The notes: generated by a model from the letters alone, not told the origin. Counted from the first letter of the stretch, positions 42,570 through 57,327 are shown. The stretch is DNA of 64,000 nucleotides from Eledone cirrhosa (GCA_964016885.1 OZ024740.1:356438001-356502000); one strand, 5' to 3'. Program-made: numbers and translations.

Positions 42570-42652
42570 ACTTTCCTGATGATGGAATGATTTTCTATAT
42601 GTATCTTCGGAAAATATATTTACTCCATTCCAGAAACTAATTAGTTGGAAGT
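42570..42652 (+). ncRNA. Type I hammerhead ribozyme (family B)
   Basis: ACTTTC-CTGATGA-TGGAATG...CATTCCA-GAAA-CTAATTAG-TT-GGAAGT; predicted cut after 42646. Confidence 0.87.
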
Positions 42653-42697
42653 GATTTTTTAGTAAGTAAGTTAATTTTATAATTTTCTTATTTTACG

Positions 42698-42750
<53 letters not shown>

Positions 42751-44923
42751 TTCAACGTTAAATAATTCAGACCCTGTTAAAGCCAGTTATTACATAATTG
42801 TATTTATTTGGGTATACGTATTTCAGTGACACCAGTTTTGAGCGGTTATATAATCATTACAATACCCTTCGGCACCGATGTAACACCATAAGATGATAAT
42901 TTGTGAAAATCCAGTGAGCATATGACTCTCCACTTGTTGTTTCTTGAATTTTCTCTCTTGTAATTTCGATTTCCTCATTGGTGAATTCTCTAAACACTAG
43001 GACGTTTTGATTAATCTTAGTTTTGTCAGTTAATGTATGGCATTTATTTTCATATAAGCCTTATTATTTTTGCCAAGTCTGTAGCTTTAAAACGTCCAGT
43101 TTATTTTATTATCACCTCAGCCTTCAGTCACTCCTTGTACGTGTATATTCGTGTGGCGCTATCATTTATCTATAGTTAGCAAACATTTCTGTTCCAGTTT
43201 TACCCTTCCGATAGACACATATACACCCACCCACTCCTAATACACACACATCATATATTATAACCACATTTTCATTTTCTCACGTTTCACGCGATAGAGG
43301 TAATCGTCAAGTATGAAAGATGAAATATTCATAATGCCAACAAAAATTAAAAATTATTATTGGCGTTCAGAGGCGTTATATAATGTGCTACAAATTTCAG
43401 TTGATTCTATTCTTTATATTTATTAGATCATTCTGCTTCTATTTCGCTCATGTAATTTAAGAAATCTTGTTAATGTTAGTATTAACATATCACAGTATTT
43501 TTGTGTTATTATATATACTCTTACATGCCACCGCTCACATGGCATTTTCCTGTTGAATACATGTAGTGGATGTAATATTTGATGATCGACGTGCTGGTCT
43601 CAAAATGGTCAATAGGTTTTCATGTGCCATTCTTAACTGGATAAGGCTATTGGATTTCTCTTTTCCTCGTCTCTTACTGAGAATTTATTCAGGAAATAAG
43701 TGGGAGATTTTTGCGTTACCATGCTATCCATCTGACATACTAGCTTTGTTTCGTTGATATTTTCTTAAATGGGTAAGGAATATTTATTGTTACAGGGTGT
43801 GAAATATTTCTAGTTACGATAGACAGGATAAATTAGTGGAAATCAGATTCTGTTGTATTTTCTATGTTCGTTTCCAGTTCTGGATTGAGCAAGAAACTGA
43901 TTCTCTTATTTACACCTGCTTATTTTTGAAATTATTATTGAAATTTGCAATACCAGGGTATATGTTGAATATTCTTTTACTTATGTAAACTATGTTTTTT
44001 TTTAGTATATGAGAGGATGATTAGAATCTATTACTATTGATGCTTCTTGTTGATCAAATCAAAAGGCCTTGCTGAGAACGGTTCCGGAAATTGCCGGATA
44101 GAATTATCTGATGTCACATAAAGTGAACTTGCATCAAATCAACTATTGCTGTTGATGGGATTTAAACACGCAACCATGGCAATGCATTTATTATATTGTC
44201 AGAGCTTGTTAATTTTGGCGTTCATAAAATTCAGAATATTGCTACCTATAACAAGTTCACTATATGAAGGAGCTATCAAACAGTACCTTTTTTATTCATC
44301 ATTTAGGGAAAATAAATTGGGTTCATGACTATTTTCAGGGCCTGTGAGACATGTAGGGGTGAGTAAAGATGTATGATCCAGAGCAAATAAATCAAGAAAA
44401 TAAAGCTGATTCTCTAATGATTCAACTAATTCATCTTGGGATATTCTGGCGAATTCTTCTTGTAGTTTTGCATGTTATATTTACCTCCTGTTTAGCAAAG
44501 CAGTCTACCCTGTTATCGACTAAATATCTTGAAGCTGGTGTCGTGGCATGACAGCATACAAACAACTATATTCAATATTACATTTCATGATGTAACTCAG
44601 TTTGTTGTGCGACCCCTCTCCCTTAGTGCTTATCGTTGGGCCATTGGAATATTCTAATGCTTTGTTTCATTGCTTAACCAAATTTAACACTTGCCATGAC
44701 ATCTCACATCACTCTCAACTATCACCCCCCCCCCCCCCCCCCCCCCCTGATAATTTTAATGAATATTTTGAAGAACAATTTATTTACTACCACTATGTTA
44801 GTATTCTATTCTATTCTAAATATTACTAAGATATATAATCCCCAGTTCTCCACTACTCTCTATTCTGCTGCCTGATTCTTTCTCTTTTTCTTTCTTCACC
44901 CCACCTCCATACCTATATCTATC

Positions 44924-45055
<132 letters not shown>

Positions 45056-46260
45056 TATATATATAGCCCCACAATATAACCGTTGAAGTTAAAAACAATT
45101 TTCCATACAGGAGTAAATTGAGGTATTGATCTTTTAAGGCCCTGCTCTACTTTTTCCCTATTTTCATACAACGTATCTCGAAGAATATTATCTAATGGTA
45201 TCAGTTTAAATGTGGGATATTATTTGCTTTTTTTAGTAGATCAAACAGCTACTTAGAGGCTTGTGTAAATAAAAGTTGATTTTGCAGTGTGGTACGCTGC
45301 CGTTCTTTTATTACTGATTCACATTTACTGCTACTCTTCGACTTTGCCTCTATATTCTTGTTTATGAAGATATGTATCTATTTCCACAAAGGTAGTAGCA
45401 TATAATTAAATATTAGCTAAAATCCCTTGTTAAAGTTGGTTGATATGAAATTTGCAAATAACCACTACTCTACACTAATAAACTAACGAAATACTCGCAT
45501 TGTAATATCAAGAAGTCATTGCGTTATTAACTCATTGCTTCCACCCTCTTCACATTGATTGACTTCATGTAATATAATCGTAGGGAAGTAAGTTTGTAAA
45601 AGGCAAAGTAAATTTTGTAGACATGAGTTGCATATCAAGATTAAATGGAAGCAAAATGAATAGATATCTATTGTCAACGAGGGATTAACATGAATTTGCT
45701 GCAAGACTAGTGATTCGGAAAGCATTAAAGATCCGTTTTGTAATTGTATAAGTGTATTCGTGATTATGCTACTGTTTATTGATATTAGATATATGTTTAA
45801 ATCTCAACAAGACGATAAATATTTCTCAAATGTACGCACAATGCATCTATAATAGCATTCAGCTACGTTCTAAATATATATAGATTGAAGTCATAATCTA
45901 TTACAGATGCAACATGTATATTATTCGTTAGACATTAATAATCTATGGAAGGAAATAAATGATGCAATCTATTATAGATACATGTATATTATTTGTATTA
46001 TACAAAACACAATTGACTTTTATATATTTTAAGTTTAATATGATATATATATATGTGTGTATGTGTGTGAGTGTGTGTGTGTGTGTGAGAGAGAGATTGT
46101 GTGTGCGTAAGTATGTCTATGTCCGTTTCTCATCCCATCTCTCATTTTTGTGTAACAATCACATATACTTTCAAAGCTGCCTCATTTTAGACTCCATGTA
46201 TTTTAACTGTTTTCCCATTCCTCATTCTATTTGATTAATCATTCTCTCTCACACTTTCTT

Positions 46261-46336
<76 letters not shown>

Positions 46337-47248
46337 TCTCTCCCCCCTCTCTATCTCTCTCTTTCCATCTCTCGTTATCGTTATCTCTTTGATATGGACA
46401 TAAGGATGCTGTTGAACATATTTAAATGTGTTAAAACTTCCCCAACGAAGGATTACCGTTGCATAATGATATTGTAGAGAAAAATATCAGCGGCATTATA
46501 TAGTTAAGATTTTATGTTTCCTGATGTGACGATACCAATAATAGATAACAGCTCAGAAGGAATTAGCAGTTACATGTTTATAACAAAAGAAATACTTTTG
46601 AAAGATATTTTTTCCTATGACTATACATTTTATCTCAATGTTCATGTTACGTTCTGAAACTAGATGAATAATCGTCACCTCTTAAGCCACGCAACCAATT
46701 AGTCATGATGTGTTAAAGGAAATATAATTAATTGGCTTTCATTTTAATCGTTAGGAGCAGAAAATAATAGCAGAAGAAATTGTCATACAACAGCTTTTAA
46801 CGTATTGCAGACTCTCATAGCATTTTACTTTTTACTTAAGATTCTTCAATGTGTCACTACTGCCAAGATGTACATCATCATGATGCCGAAGCAAATTATT
46901 ATTATCTGACAATGTCTCCACATTTTCTACCCAAATATAATTCAAGGTTCATCTGAGAAGAAAAAACAAATCTTTGATTATGGGTACCTCAAACATCTCA
47001 AATATGTGAATATCTCTATCAGCATTGTCTTCATAAGAGATCGAAACTTTTGTTCAATTCTTAGCCGAGGTAATGCTGAATTCCTCTGGCGTATATGTAT
47101 ATATATATATATATATATAGGCGTATATGTATATATATATATGAGGGCGGTCGACCGTGGTAGGAGCTGCTAAATGTTCGGTCGCCCTCATGTCTCTGAT
47201 TTTCAGCCCCATGAATTTTGTCTATTATATTCCTTTGTTATATTTCAA

Positions 47249-47305
47249 ATACCTGATGATGTCACCGGATTCACACTGACCCGGTCATTGAAATGATCAT
47301 AGTAT
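47249..47305 (+). ncRNA. Type I hammerhead ribozyme (family E)
   Basis: ATAC-CTGATGA-TGTCACCGG...CCGGTCATT-GAAA-TGATCA-TA-GTAT, immediately followed by AATAAA. Confidence 0.8.
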
Positions 47306-47512
47306 AATAAACCTTTTAAGGAATAAACCTTTTAAGTCCAGCCTCCTGTTATTTTATAATAATTAACTCCGTACTCGCACCACCAACTACACAAACGAAG
47401 ACGGGTGAGTTGCATTACGTTGAGTGCTCTCCATAATATTACATCGACGTTGACCATACGGAATGACTAGTTCTATCCAGTGGTGAGCCAACAAACCTAA
47501 ATAAATGAATAA

Positions 47513-47551
<39 letters not shown>

Positions 47552-48040
47552 GTATATTTACAATATATATTATTTCCCTTGATGGGGAAAAAGCACGTGA
47601 CAGTGAAACAGTGACCGCTGCTATTAGTAGCGGCCTACTGCAAAACTTCACGCCGGATTGAGGCACAGAACGGAAACCTGTCGATAACGTGAGTCCGCGT
47701 TTGGTCTTCAAATACCACAAACTTGCATATTGCGCAAGTAGGATGGTTAAAATTGAATTTATAGAAACCTATCGGAGGTACTGCATAATATCCTTCGATC
47801 GGTCCAGGTTTGTTATCTAACCTGATTGTATTTTCGTTGCTTTGGAGTATTATGTGGGTAGGCGCCCTTGCCGCAGTTTTCAATTTGTCACGCTATCTAA
47901 CGTATGTTAATTACTCTAAGGTGCAGCCTATCAATTCATCGATGTATCCTTATTGAGTGCTTTTGTGCAAACCTAATTGTATCTCGTTAGCTTGCCACCG
48001 CCATAACTTCGATTTTACTAACCTTCTATTTGTGTATATG

Positions 48041-48076
<36 letters not shown>

Positions 48077-48118
48077 GTCATCTCCGATTGAACTCGGGCG
48101 GACACATACACACATACA

Positions 48119-48187
<69 letters not shown>

Positions 48188-48381
48188 TTCAGCACATTGA
48201 ATTTGATGAATATTTCGGAATTGAGAATCAATTTATTTATAATCTACTGATATACTTTCGCACATTTCACTGAGAGTCAACTATAACACAACATGATTAG
48301 CAAATATTCCACAAAAACGAAATCCTTCAGTTTAAATTGTCCAAAGCCAATATATTCCTGATTCATTATAAATATTACAGA

Positions 48382-48568
48382 AGGCGGTGAATTGGCAGTA
48401 TCGGTAGAGGGTCGGATGCCATGCTTTCCAGCATAGTTACGTCCCTTAACGATCTGAGTTCAAATCTCGCTGAGGTTGACTTTGCCTTTCATCCTTATGG
48501 GGTCGATAAAATAAAGTACCAGTAATGCACTAGGTAATTGCTGGCCTTGTGCCAAAAAGTAGAAACGG
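48382..48568 (+). mobile_element. tRNA-derived SINE with 16-bp TSD
   Basis: TSD TTATAAATATTACAGA at 48366-48381 and 48569-48584; A and B boxes present. Confidence 0.92.
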
Positions 48569-49190
48569 TTATAAATATTACAGATCGTAAATTTCTGACT
48601 ATTTTCGTATTTTTCTTTGACTTACAAGTTCTCCACACTTTCACTTCCACTTTCAAGATCTCTAGAGGGTTTAAACATTCTCTCTGACTGGGAATACTAT
48701 AGAAAGGAATTCGTACACCATAGAAATATTTTGTTCTCAGAACATCAACCAAACAAATACCAATCGATCTCAAGCAAAGGTATTCCATAAAATATGGGAA
48801 ATAGATTTACTCTTATCATCTTGTTATATCAAACGTCATACACACTCGTTATCCCTCCTACCTGTCATTAAAAGCGGCTTAAGACTGTTAGGTATTGGAA
48901 AATCTTTATGACTCATTGTATTAGATCTTTCATTAAATATTTGGCCAAATCTTGTTTATGTATAAGCATGATATCGAAATCTTTGTTGCCATATACATAT
49001 TAATTATATAAGAACTATATATGAAGGTATTTCAGGATTATACGCCAAGAATATATGCAAAGACTCAGACATATATATATATAGAGAGACAAAAAATAGC
49101 TAATTAGTTGACACAAACACACCTGCAATATATTCATGTACGTACGTGCATGTATAAATACGTACACAGCTACACACACGCACGCACGCG

Positions 49191-49222
<32 letters not shown>

Positions 49223-52021
49223 ATATATACACACACACACACACACACATATGATATTACATGTGTGTGTTTGTGTGATTGCCTGCGAACATGTTTGTGT
49301 GTGTGTATTTATCATCTTCTAGGAAATCTTTTAAAATAAACAAGAAGATTGACCTAGTCTTCTTATTAATGACCAACGATGCTTTCTAGTACGTCTTTTT
49401 ATAATGAACCATGTTACAGATAATGAAACGTATTGAAAGCATGCGTTCTCTCCATTCAACGTATATTATGTTCAATCATCGATCAGGTTAAACGTGCTAA
49501 TAGTATGGCTGTTTGTATATGTATTACAAAAAATGAAAGTGCCCAATAGACGAGGTAGGGTGTAGAAACAGTAACCAAAACGTTGACGGTTAGTACTTCC
49601 TCAGTGTTACTGCACGCTTGTATGTAGAAATCAAAACAACCATATTTCCCTTGTGTGATGAATAGTTAAAATGGCGCCGATGCAGGTCATCGATGTTACA
49701 GTTTATATTTAGATGGAACGAACAGAACTTTGTTCAAATCCTATAATAAACCCATAGAAAGAAACATGTAGTTCCTCTAAGACAACCCTTTAAAATATCG
49801 TATATTTCGTTTAATTAGTGGTGTATAATAGTTTACCGGTTGTTAAACATTTTTGGTTGAATGCATTGTTTTACCCTAAGTGGACACTCTAATTGTCAAC
49901 AAAGAATCACGAAGACAGTGGAAATGATAATGGAAGCAGTAGTTACGATAATAACAGTGATAAGGATAATGGAGACAGTGATAAGGATAAGGAAAGCATT
50001 AATTAGGATAACGAAAGCAGTGTCGACATGAAACTAAGAAATAGTGTTCAGTGTGTAACTCCAGACTTACTCCAGTCTTGTGAAACTTTGAAATGTTTCT
50101 TAAAGAGGTTCCGTTTATTAAAGAGAATACTAGAAAACGTTTATATTACTTCTCTGTAAAAATGTTAATTTTAAGGTAGGGGTGGAATGGGGTGTTGGCA
50201 AATCGGAAAAGCTGAGTGCAGCATACCTAATCACGATTTTTTCCGTATTTATCTACGTTCTGATTTCAAGTATCGATTATTCTACTTTGATCTTCATCAT
50301 TTCCAAGAAAAGAAAATACATATAGCTAATGTAGTTGGGCATGGCATCCATTTCAATATACTGCTAACTTGAAATATATGGTTTTATAAGTATTATTATT
50401 TGAAAGTCCAATGACAATTGAAAAAAGCGAAAGACATATAAATGCTTTAGAATTAATATCGTTTAAAATAAGTTAAAATCCTCATGGGGTCTGATTCAGT
50501 AAGTACATGCCTTGTATTATAGTTGATTCTCATTACAGTTGTGTGGACATTTTCTACTGTAATAAATTAATATTTGTCAGAACGTCTAAACACTTGACGA
50601 ATCACACGTGTCCATAAGGCTATAATTCAACTCCTGTTTCCCCAGTCTTAAGAAGAATACAGATTGCGCTACTCCTCTGCAGCACGATAGACCATTGTAT
50701 GTGACTCTCACAGGAAAATATTTCTTAATAACTCTTCGTAATTCTAAGTGAATTAGTGTAAGATAAATTTACGCGTGCAGAAACAAAACTGTATCTTCAG
50801 TGGATTTGCACTGGTGAATGATGATTTGACACATTCATACTTACTACAATCGGATATTTTGCCTCTAGATGTGTATAAAACAACGAAAGCGAAGTGTAAT
50901 GATATGTGGCTTCAACCCATGAATATTATACTTATTTTTCTGTCAAACTTTGTACAGAAAGACATAGGTTCTCTGAATTCAGACACTAGGACGCTTCAGT
51001 AAAACTCGAATGAACCGATCTCATTTCAGTGAACCATTATTTCACTTGAGAAAAGATATGCACATGGCAATGCTTCACTTATCATTGTTATTTTCACATA
51101 TCAATTCCGCCAATAAACAAAACATCGAATTAGTATTGTATTTGTCTCACCCTAGAAATATACAGATACAAGAAGAGCAATTTGCCTAATCATATATATC
51201 TGATCCAAACTCTAAAAATCCAAACGGGGAATACCATGAAAAAAAGTGACACAAAATTGGGAGAAATGAGGCAAAATTGAGAGATTTCACATAATGAAAG
51301 CTATACATGTTCACAAGAGAAGACATCTCTCACTTACCCCAAAGTGGGTGGGAAATCTCCACGTCGGACAGGGAGGATTCACAGGTCTGATCTGATATTA
51401 ATAAATGGGTATTATAATATCCATATTTTTACCAGAAACATTTGTTTACAAACGAACTATTCGAGACGAGAATCGAAATTACTATAGACTACAGTAATTT
51501 CGGTGACGTAATGAAATTGTTTCTCTTATATAAATATATTAATGCTTTTATTTTTTTGACTGAGCACAGCATTCCTTTATTTTAGGGGCAAGGACGAGAA
51601 TCTGTTTCGCTCATGGTTATGCTAATGTGGAATTAAATAAAATCAAGCAATATTTAAAATTGGCCTCTGTTACTCCCATCAACAAATTATCTCATCATAT
51701 GCGATTGTCACCACTCAACAACTAAAGCAGGTTATAATATTCCGAAATATGTTCCGTAGATTTTAAAATAATTAATTATCAACGCATATAATTTAGGATA
51801 ATAATGATAAACACATAACAGGATAATTTTCATGCGCACGTGCACACGCAAGCGCACGCGCACAAACATACCTTTGAATAAAAATTGTCTCATTTAGATG
51901 TATGCGCACGCGCACAGAAACAGATGTGTGTTCGTGTGTGCGTATGTTTACAAATGTTAACATCAAGTTCTTCGTCGCTATATTTATCTATCTATCTATC
52001 TATAATATATCTATCTATCTA

Positions 52022-52105
<84 letters not shown>

Positions 52106-52672
52106 GAGAGAGAAGAGGGAGAGGAAGTAAAAGAGACAAAGGAAGAAATTGGAACGGCAAGTAAATATGTTTTTTAAAAAACACCATGGCATTGTAGAAA
52201 AAATTAAGATACATATATACCCATCAGAGGGACGTGTTTCAGAACTAATAGAGTATGTAAGTGAAATAGCTAAGTAGGAAAGCAATAACACCTAAATACA
52301 GAGGAATTGTATAATTTAAAATGAGCTAGTAGTTAGATCGAAGACAAACAGAGATGGTGGTCATGTTATTGATGATTGTTTTAAGTTTAATAATGTATAA
52401 ACAAAACTGAGAGTGTAAAATGATTAAGGCCGACAATATATGGGAATCATTAAATAATAGTGAATTTATGTATAACGAATCCAATTTTTATTGCAAATTT
52501 TCTCTCTAATTGAACATTTTACGCTGATAATATTGCGATTCCTATATAAACCAAAATTGGAGTTAAACCTGAATCGAAATTCAAAAAATGAACAAATGCA
52601 GAAATGATATACAGGGAAGAGATAGGTAGTTAGATAGTTAAGATACATATTTCCATAGCCCACATGTTGGTG

Positions 52673-52708
<36 letters not shown>

Positions 52709-52815
52709 GTATATATATATATACACGCTCGCGCGCGCACTACATACTCATAGACACACACATACACACACAAATATATATATATATATATATACACGAA
52801 TATCTGTGAAATAAT

Positions 52816-52912
52816 TGTTTCTACTTTTGGCACAAGGCCAGCAAATTCCCAGTGTATTACTGGTACTTTATTTTATCGACCCCGTAAGGATGAAAGGCAA
52901 AGTTAACCTCGG
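52816..52912 (-). mobile_element. 5'-truncated SINE
   Basis: TTTCTACTTTTGGCACAAGGCCAGC...GGATGAAAGGCAAAGTTAACCTCGG. Confidence 0.85.
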
Positions 52913-53470
52913 GGCAAATAATGTTTCATTATATGTTACAAAAAAGAAATAGAAATTAAGTCAGGAAAATGATATAAAGTTTAGTTTAGTCCAATAAAGT
53001 ATTGTAATGCGTTAATACCAGTTAAGAGAAACAGTAATATATCAAACACACACGCACCCACACGGAATGGAATGGATCTCCATCTGCTTCGCCGATGAGT
53101 GCTCTAGTTATGTTATCAATGAAATAACCTGCCCATGAAATTGACACATAACTAGAAGAGCATTCCATAGACATGTGCACCCTAACATAATTGTCATGAG
53201 AAATGGACGTGACAATGTATGAGGGGGACACTACTTGGAAATACATGTACAGTCCACCCGACGGGTTTTGAAAGGAGTTTCGCTTACCCAATTTTATTTA
53301 CCGGAGGCTATATTAAATAACACTGGCCCACGATACCATGTAGTGAGATCAAACATGGGACCTGATACTTGCGAAGCAAACTTCTGGACCATTCGGCCAT
53401 GCAGCATCTACACACACACCCACACACCCACACACACACACACACCCACACACACCCACACAAACATACA

Positions 53471-53504
<34 letters not shown>

Positions 53505-55962
53505 AACACAATTAGTAATTGAGCTGAAAAGAATAATGTATCGGGAGAATTTTTTTTTTTTGTTGAAATGTGAAATTCAAAAGAAAGATTTTGGTTAAAA
53601 TATTTTATTCGTCTTTTTTTTTGTTCAAAATCTTCACCCAACCTCCATACACAAATTATGAAAACAATAACATAAGTGAAAGTACGGAACGTAAATCAAA
53701 AACTTACTTTTCCAGTTTATGAAGATGATGCATGCGATGAGTGGTAGTTGTGCTTTCTCTATTACTTTTCTCATTTGATAATGCATCGGTCATCTGTCCA
53801 ATCAACTTGTCACTTTCCATTGATTTGGCCATCATTGAAATATCCTTTTGGGGTAGTTATAGTATCAATTACAGATAATAATATATAACTTAGGTACACC
53901 CACTTTTTCTTTAAATGACACTACGTTTTCGCGTTATTATATGAAGTTATAAGCTGGTATAATTACCAATAACTCTAAAGCCTAATACAGGCACTTAGTG
54001 TTAATATAGCTTCGTTTGTATCTTTTTAATAGTTTACACACAAATACTCATATTATACCTAGCAATACTATATAGAAATATTGCTGTATAGTTATATCAA
54101 TATTTCTCCGTGTGTTCGTGTGTAGGTGCGCGCGTTTGTGTGTTTGTGTGTGCGCCTTATCTCTGTGAGTGTATGAGAATAACCGTAACGTTTTTGTTTA
54201 TGAGACAACGTACGCTAGGCTTTCTACAAAATTGCTTATAAAATAAAATCACAAATTAGTTTACATACGTTCTAAGACTTTTTTTTTTATTATTTAGTAA
54301 TAAAACCTACTGTCTGTAATATCAACGTTTCCCTTTCTTTCTTATTCTGTTAAATTTTGATTTACTTTCTGTAGCTTAGTAACTCGCGACAGGTAAGTAG
54401 AAGTAAAAGTCTTCCTTAAGTGATCTTTGCGTGGTCAGTGCGTAAAGTGATGTGGGAGAAATGAAATTGCAGTGCAGTGTAAGTACGATGCGACGCATAT
54501 ACATGAACTATTGGGAAATCCCAGAAGCACATATACCTACAATGACGTAGTGGAGTGGCTGATAATATGGGCGGTCGGCGATATGAGTAAAATACTATAT
54601 TATAACCCGCCTTGTTCAATACTTAAAATACTGGAAATGCCAGGATATTGACATAGTTCCGTAAATATTACACACGCCACTTAAACAATATCAATAAAAA
54701 CATGCTGCCCACACATGCACATACACTTATAAATGTACACGAGTGTGTTCACTGTGCATGGAAGAGTGGGCATTTATGAAAACACTCGTACCCATAAACT
54801 TACAAATACAAGACATACACATCCTCACACACAAATGCAGTCGCACACGCTCAAACACACATCCTCATCCATAAACATCCATATACGTATCCCCGCACCC
54901 ATGCACACACACAAACATATGCACACACATATACACGCACATGTAGTGTATTTGTGTGTGTTCGTTGTCTCCTTTTCAAATAATTAATTAGACAACATAT
55001 TCATTAAAGGCTTATATTATTACGTTTTCTCAACATTGTTACAAATATTGTTGCTGTGTTTCCTAATGGCACACGGGTATAGTCAGTAAAGCGAATAGGT
55101 GCTAGTTAAATATCAAGTCACCTGGATTCACACCAATGGTGACCTACAACGTAAACAGATCAGGTAGATTCTGCATTTATCTTATGTGGGCATCAAGAGA
55201 CACAATGATTGGGGTTACTGTGATTATTACTGTTCTGTTTTAGTGAGTATGTTTTTATTCGGTTTTAAAGAAAGGGTGTGTTTGTATTATGATTTATAAT
55301 AAAGTTTATGAAATGCTGTAATGGGTCTGTGTTTTTAGAGTTGATTTAAGCTTGTGTGACAAGTAAGATTGATTGAGGTTTGCTGCATTAACACGCGGAG
55401 GTCCACACATATCTAGGTGTTTATATTTTCATTTATTTCTGTTTCATTGTGTAGATCTGATGATATTGTATGGTACAGACTGTGCTTTCAGTGTGTCCCG
55501 TTGACATCTCTTGTGTTATGTTTTGAAAAGTTTATATTAGATCAATCTATGATTGATCTAATATATTTTTGTTATTTGCTTTTTTTATAATCACTATTTT
55601 GGTCAAAGTTGGTGGTTTGAAGGGCGTTATGTTTACTTGAAACTAGTTTTGCTTTTTTCTATGAGTTATGTAAATACTATAGGTAATGTATTTTACTATT
55701 GCTTTCTGTATTAGCAGTATGCTTACATTGTGAATATATATGGTGTAGACCGTAAGGAGGGAATTTGTAGGTGATGCTTTTAGTCTGTTTGTTTGCTGCC
55801 AGGTTTCTCGTTGATTGATGTCGGTTTCAAGTACTTGTCTAGCTCTCTCTAAGAAGCGGAGGGAATGGGTAAATTCGACAGCGTGTTGCTACGTTAGCAA
55901 TTTTGTTATCGATATTTAAATGCACACACAGACACACACTCAAACACAGGTGTGTACGTATT

Positions 55963-56011
<49 letters not shown>

Positions 56012-56233
56012 CTACGATCATCATCATCACGGTGACATATATACATAAACGAGTGTGTCTCTGTGTTTGTGTGTACTAAAATATTGGTGGCAATATTGCT
56101 AGTGTAAAACTATACTGTCGCAGCGTTGCTATATTAGCAATTTTGTCCTCAATATTTACACACACAAAACACACAGACACGCACGACACATGTATATATA
56201 TATATACACACGCAAACACGCCCAACACACGAG

Positions 56234-56265
<32 letters not shown>

Positions 56266-56342
56266 ACGAAGGGGGTGTAGTAAGGAACCAGATGGACCAT
56301 AACGCACCAGAGTACTCAATACTTAGGGTAGTAGAGTGGGTA

Positions 56343-56486
56343 ATAGGAAAATGTTTAACCCCGACGGCCGAGCTCAAGCCGTTTCGACGGCTATTTCTGG
56401 ACCAATTTCTGGACGGGTATTTCTGGTTCCAGAAATAGACGTCGAAACGGCTTGAGCTCGGCCGTCGGGGTTAAATATTTTCCTAT
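56343..56486. repeat. Short fold-back (about 59-bp arms) of a repeat also found at 3553-3590 and 62291-62350
   Basis: GTCGAAACGGCTTGAGCTC(G/A)GCCGTCGGGG motif; arms 56343-56401 and 56428-56486. Confidence 0.85.
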
Positions 56487-56592
56487 ATATATATATATAT
56501 ATATTACATGTAAACCGATTCTACTTTCAATAAAATATCGAGTACCAAGTCGAATAAGGATTTCGCTCATTGATTAACTAGTTAGATCTTAT

Positions 56593-56630
<38 letters not shown>

Positions 56631-57107
56631 ATGTGTGTGTGTGTGTGAATATGTGTACATATTTGTGCCTGTGTCTTTGTGTGTGTGTGTGTCAGTATGT
56701 CACAGTGTGTGCGAAATGGTACTTACCGACGAACATTTATTTATATTTACAGGTACGAGGGAATGCACTTATATGCGGGTTCATTTTGCAACATTCTGCT
56801 AATTAAACAGTAATATTTCTTTATCAAGTAAATAATAATGTGTATTTAATTTCTGAGTTCAAATAAATGTACTTTATTTAGACAGTTTCTTTGTCAACAA
56901 AAATAGTTTTTTTTTTTTACTGTATATTATGGATAACTTAAAAGTAAACAGATGAGGTTGTTGTCGTTTTCTGTTGTTCCATAGAAGACTATAAAGCAGT
57001 GTTGAAAAAGTTACTTATATTGTCAGGTGATGGTACTGAATAAATGTTATACAAAAATATACGAATTTCAATTTAAGAAGTGAATACTTTCATACAGTTA
57101 TTTGAGC

Positions 57108-57244
<137 letters not shown>

Positions 57245-57251
57245 CAGGCTC

Positions 57252-57282
<31 letters not shown>

Positions 57283-57327
57283 AATATTTATTTATATATA
57301 TAAATATTTATTTATATATATAAATAC

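Larger units (their letters stand above)
41192..42706. mobile_element. Family-B array: one inverted monomer plus about 1.8 tandem monomers (526-nt unit), each with a hammerhead
   Basis: Inversion centre at about 41748; 41750-42180 repeats at 42272-42706; (TA)n on both sides; no ORF. Confidence 0.92.

Noticed and set aside
41192-42706. CRISPR-like or prokaryotic repeat interpretation
   Set aside because: Long tandem units without unique spacers, in a eukaryotic context; no cas, rRNA or intact tRNA genes seen.
55533-55565. 15-bp-arm hairpin TATATTAGATCAATC-TAT-GATTGATCTAATATA (also a 16-bp palindrome at about 36184)
   Set aside because: Isolated short palindromes with no functional context.
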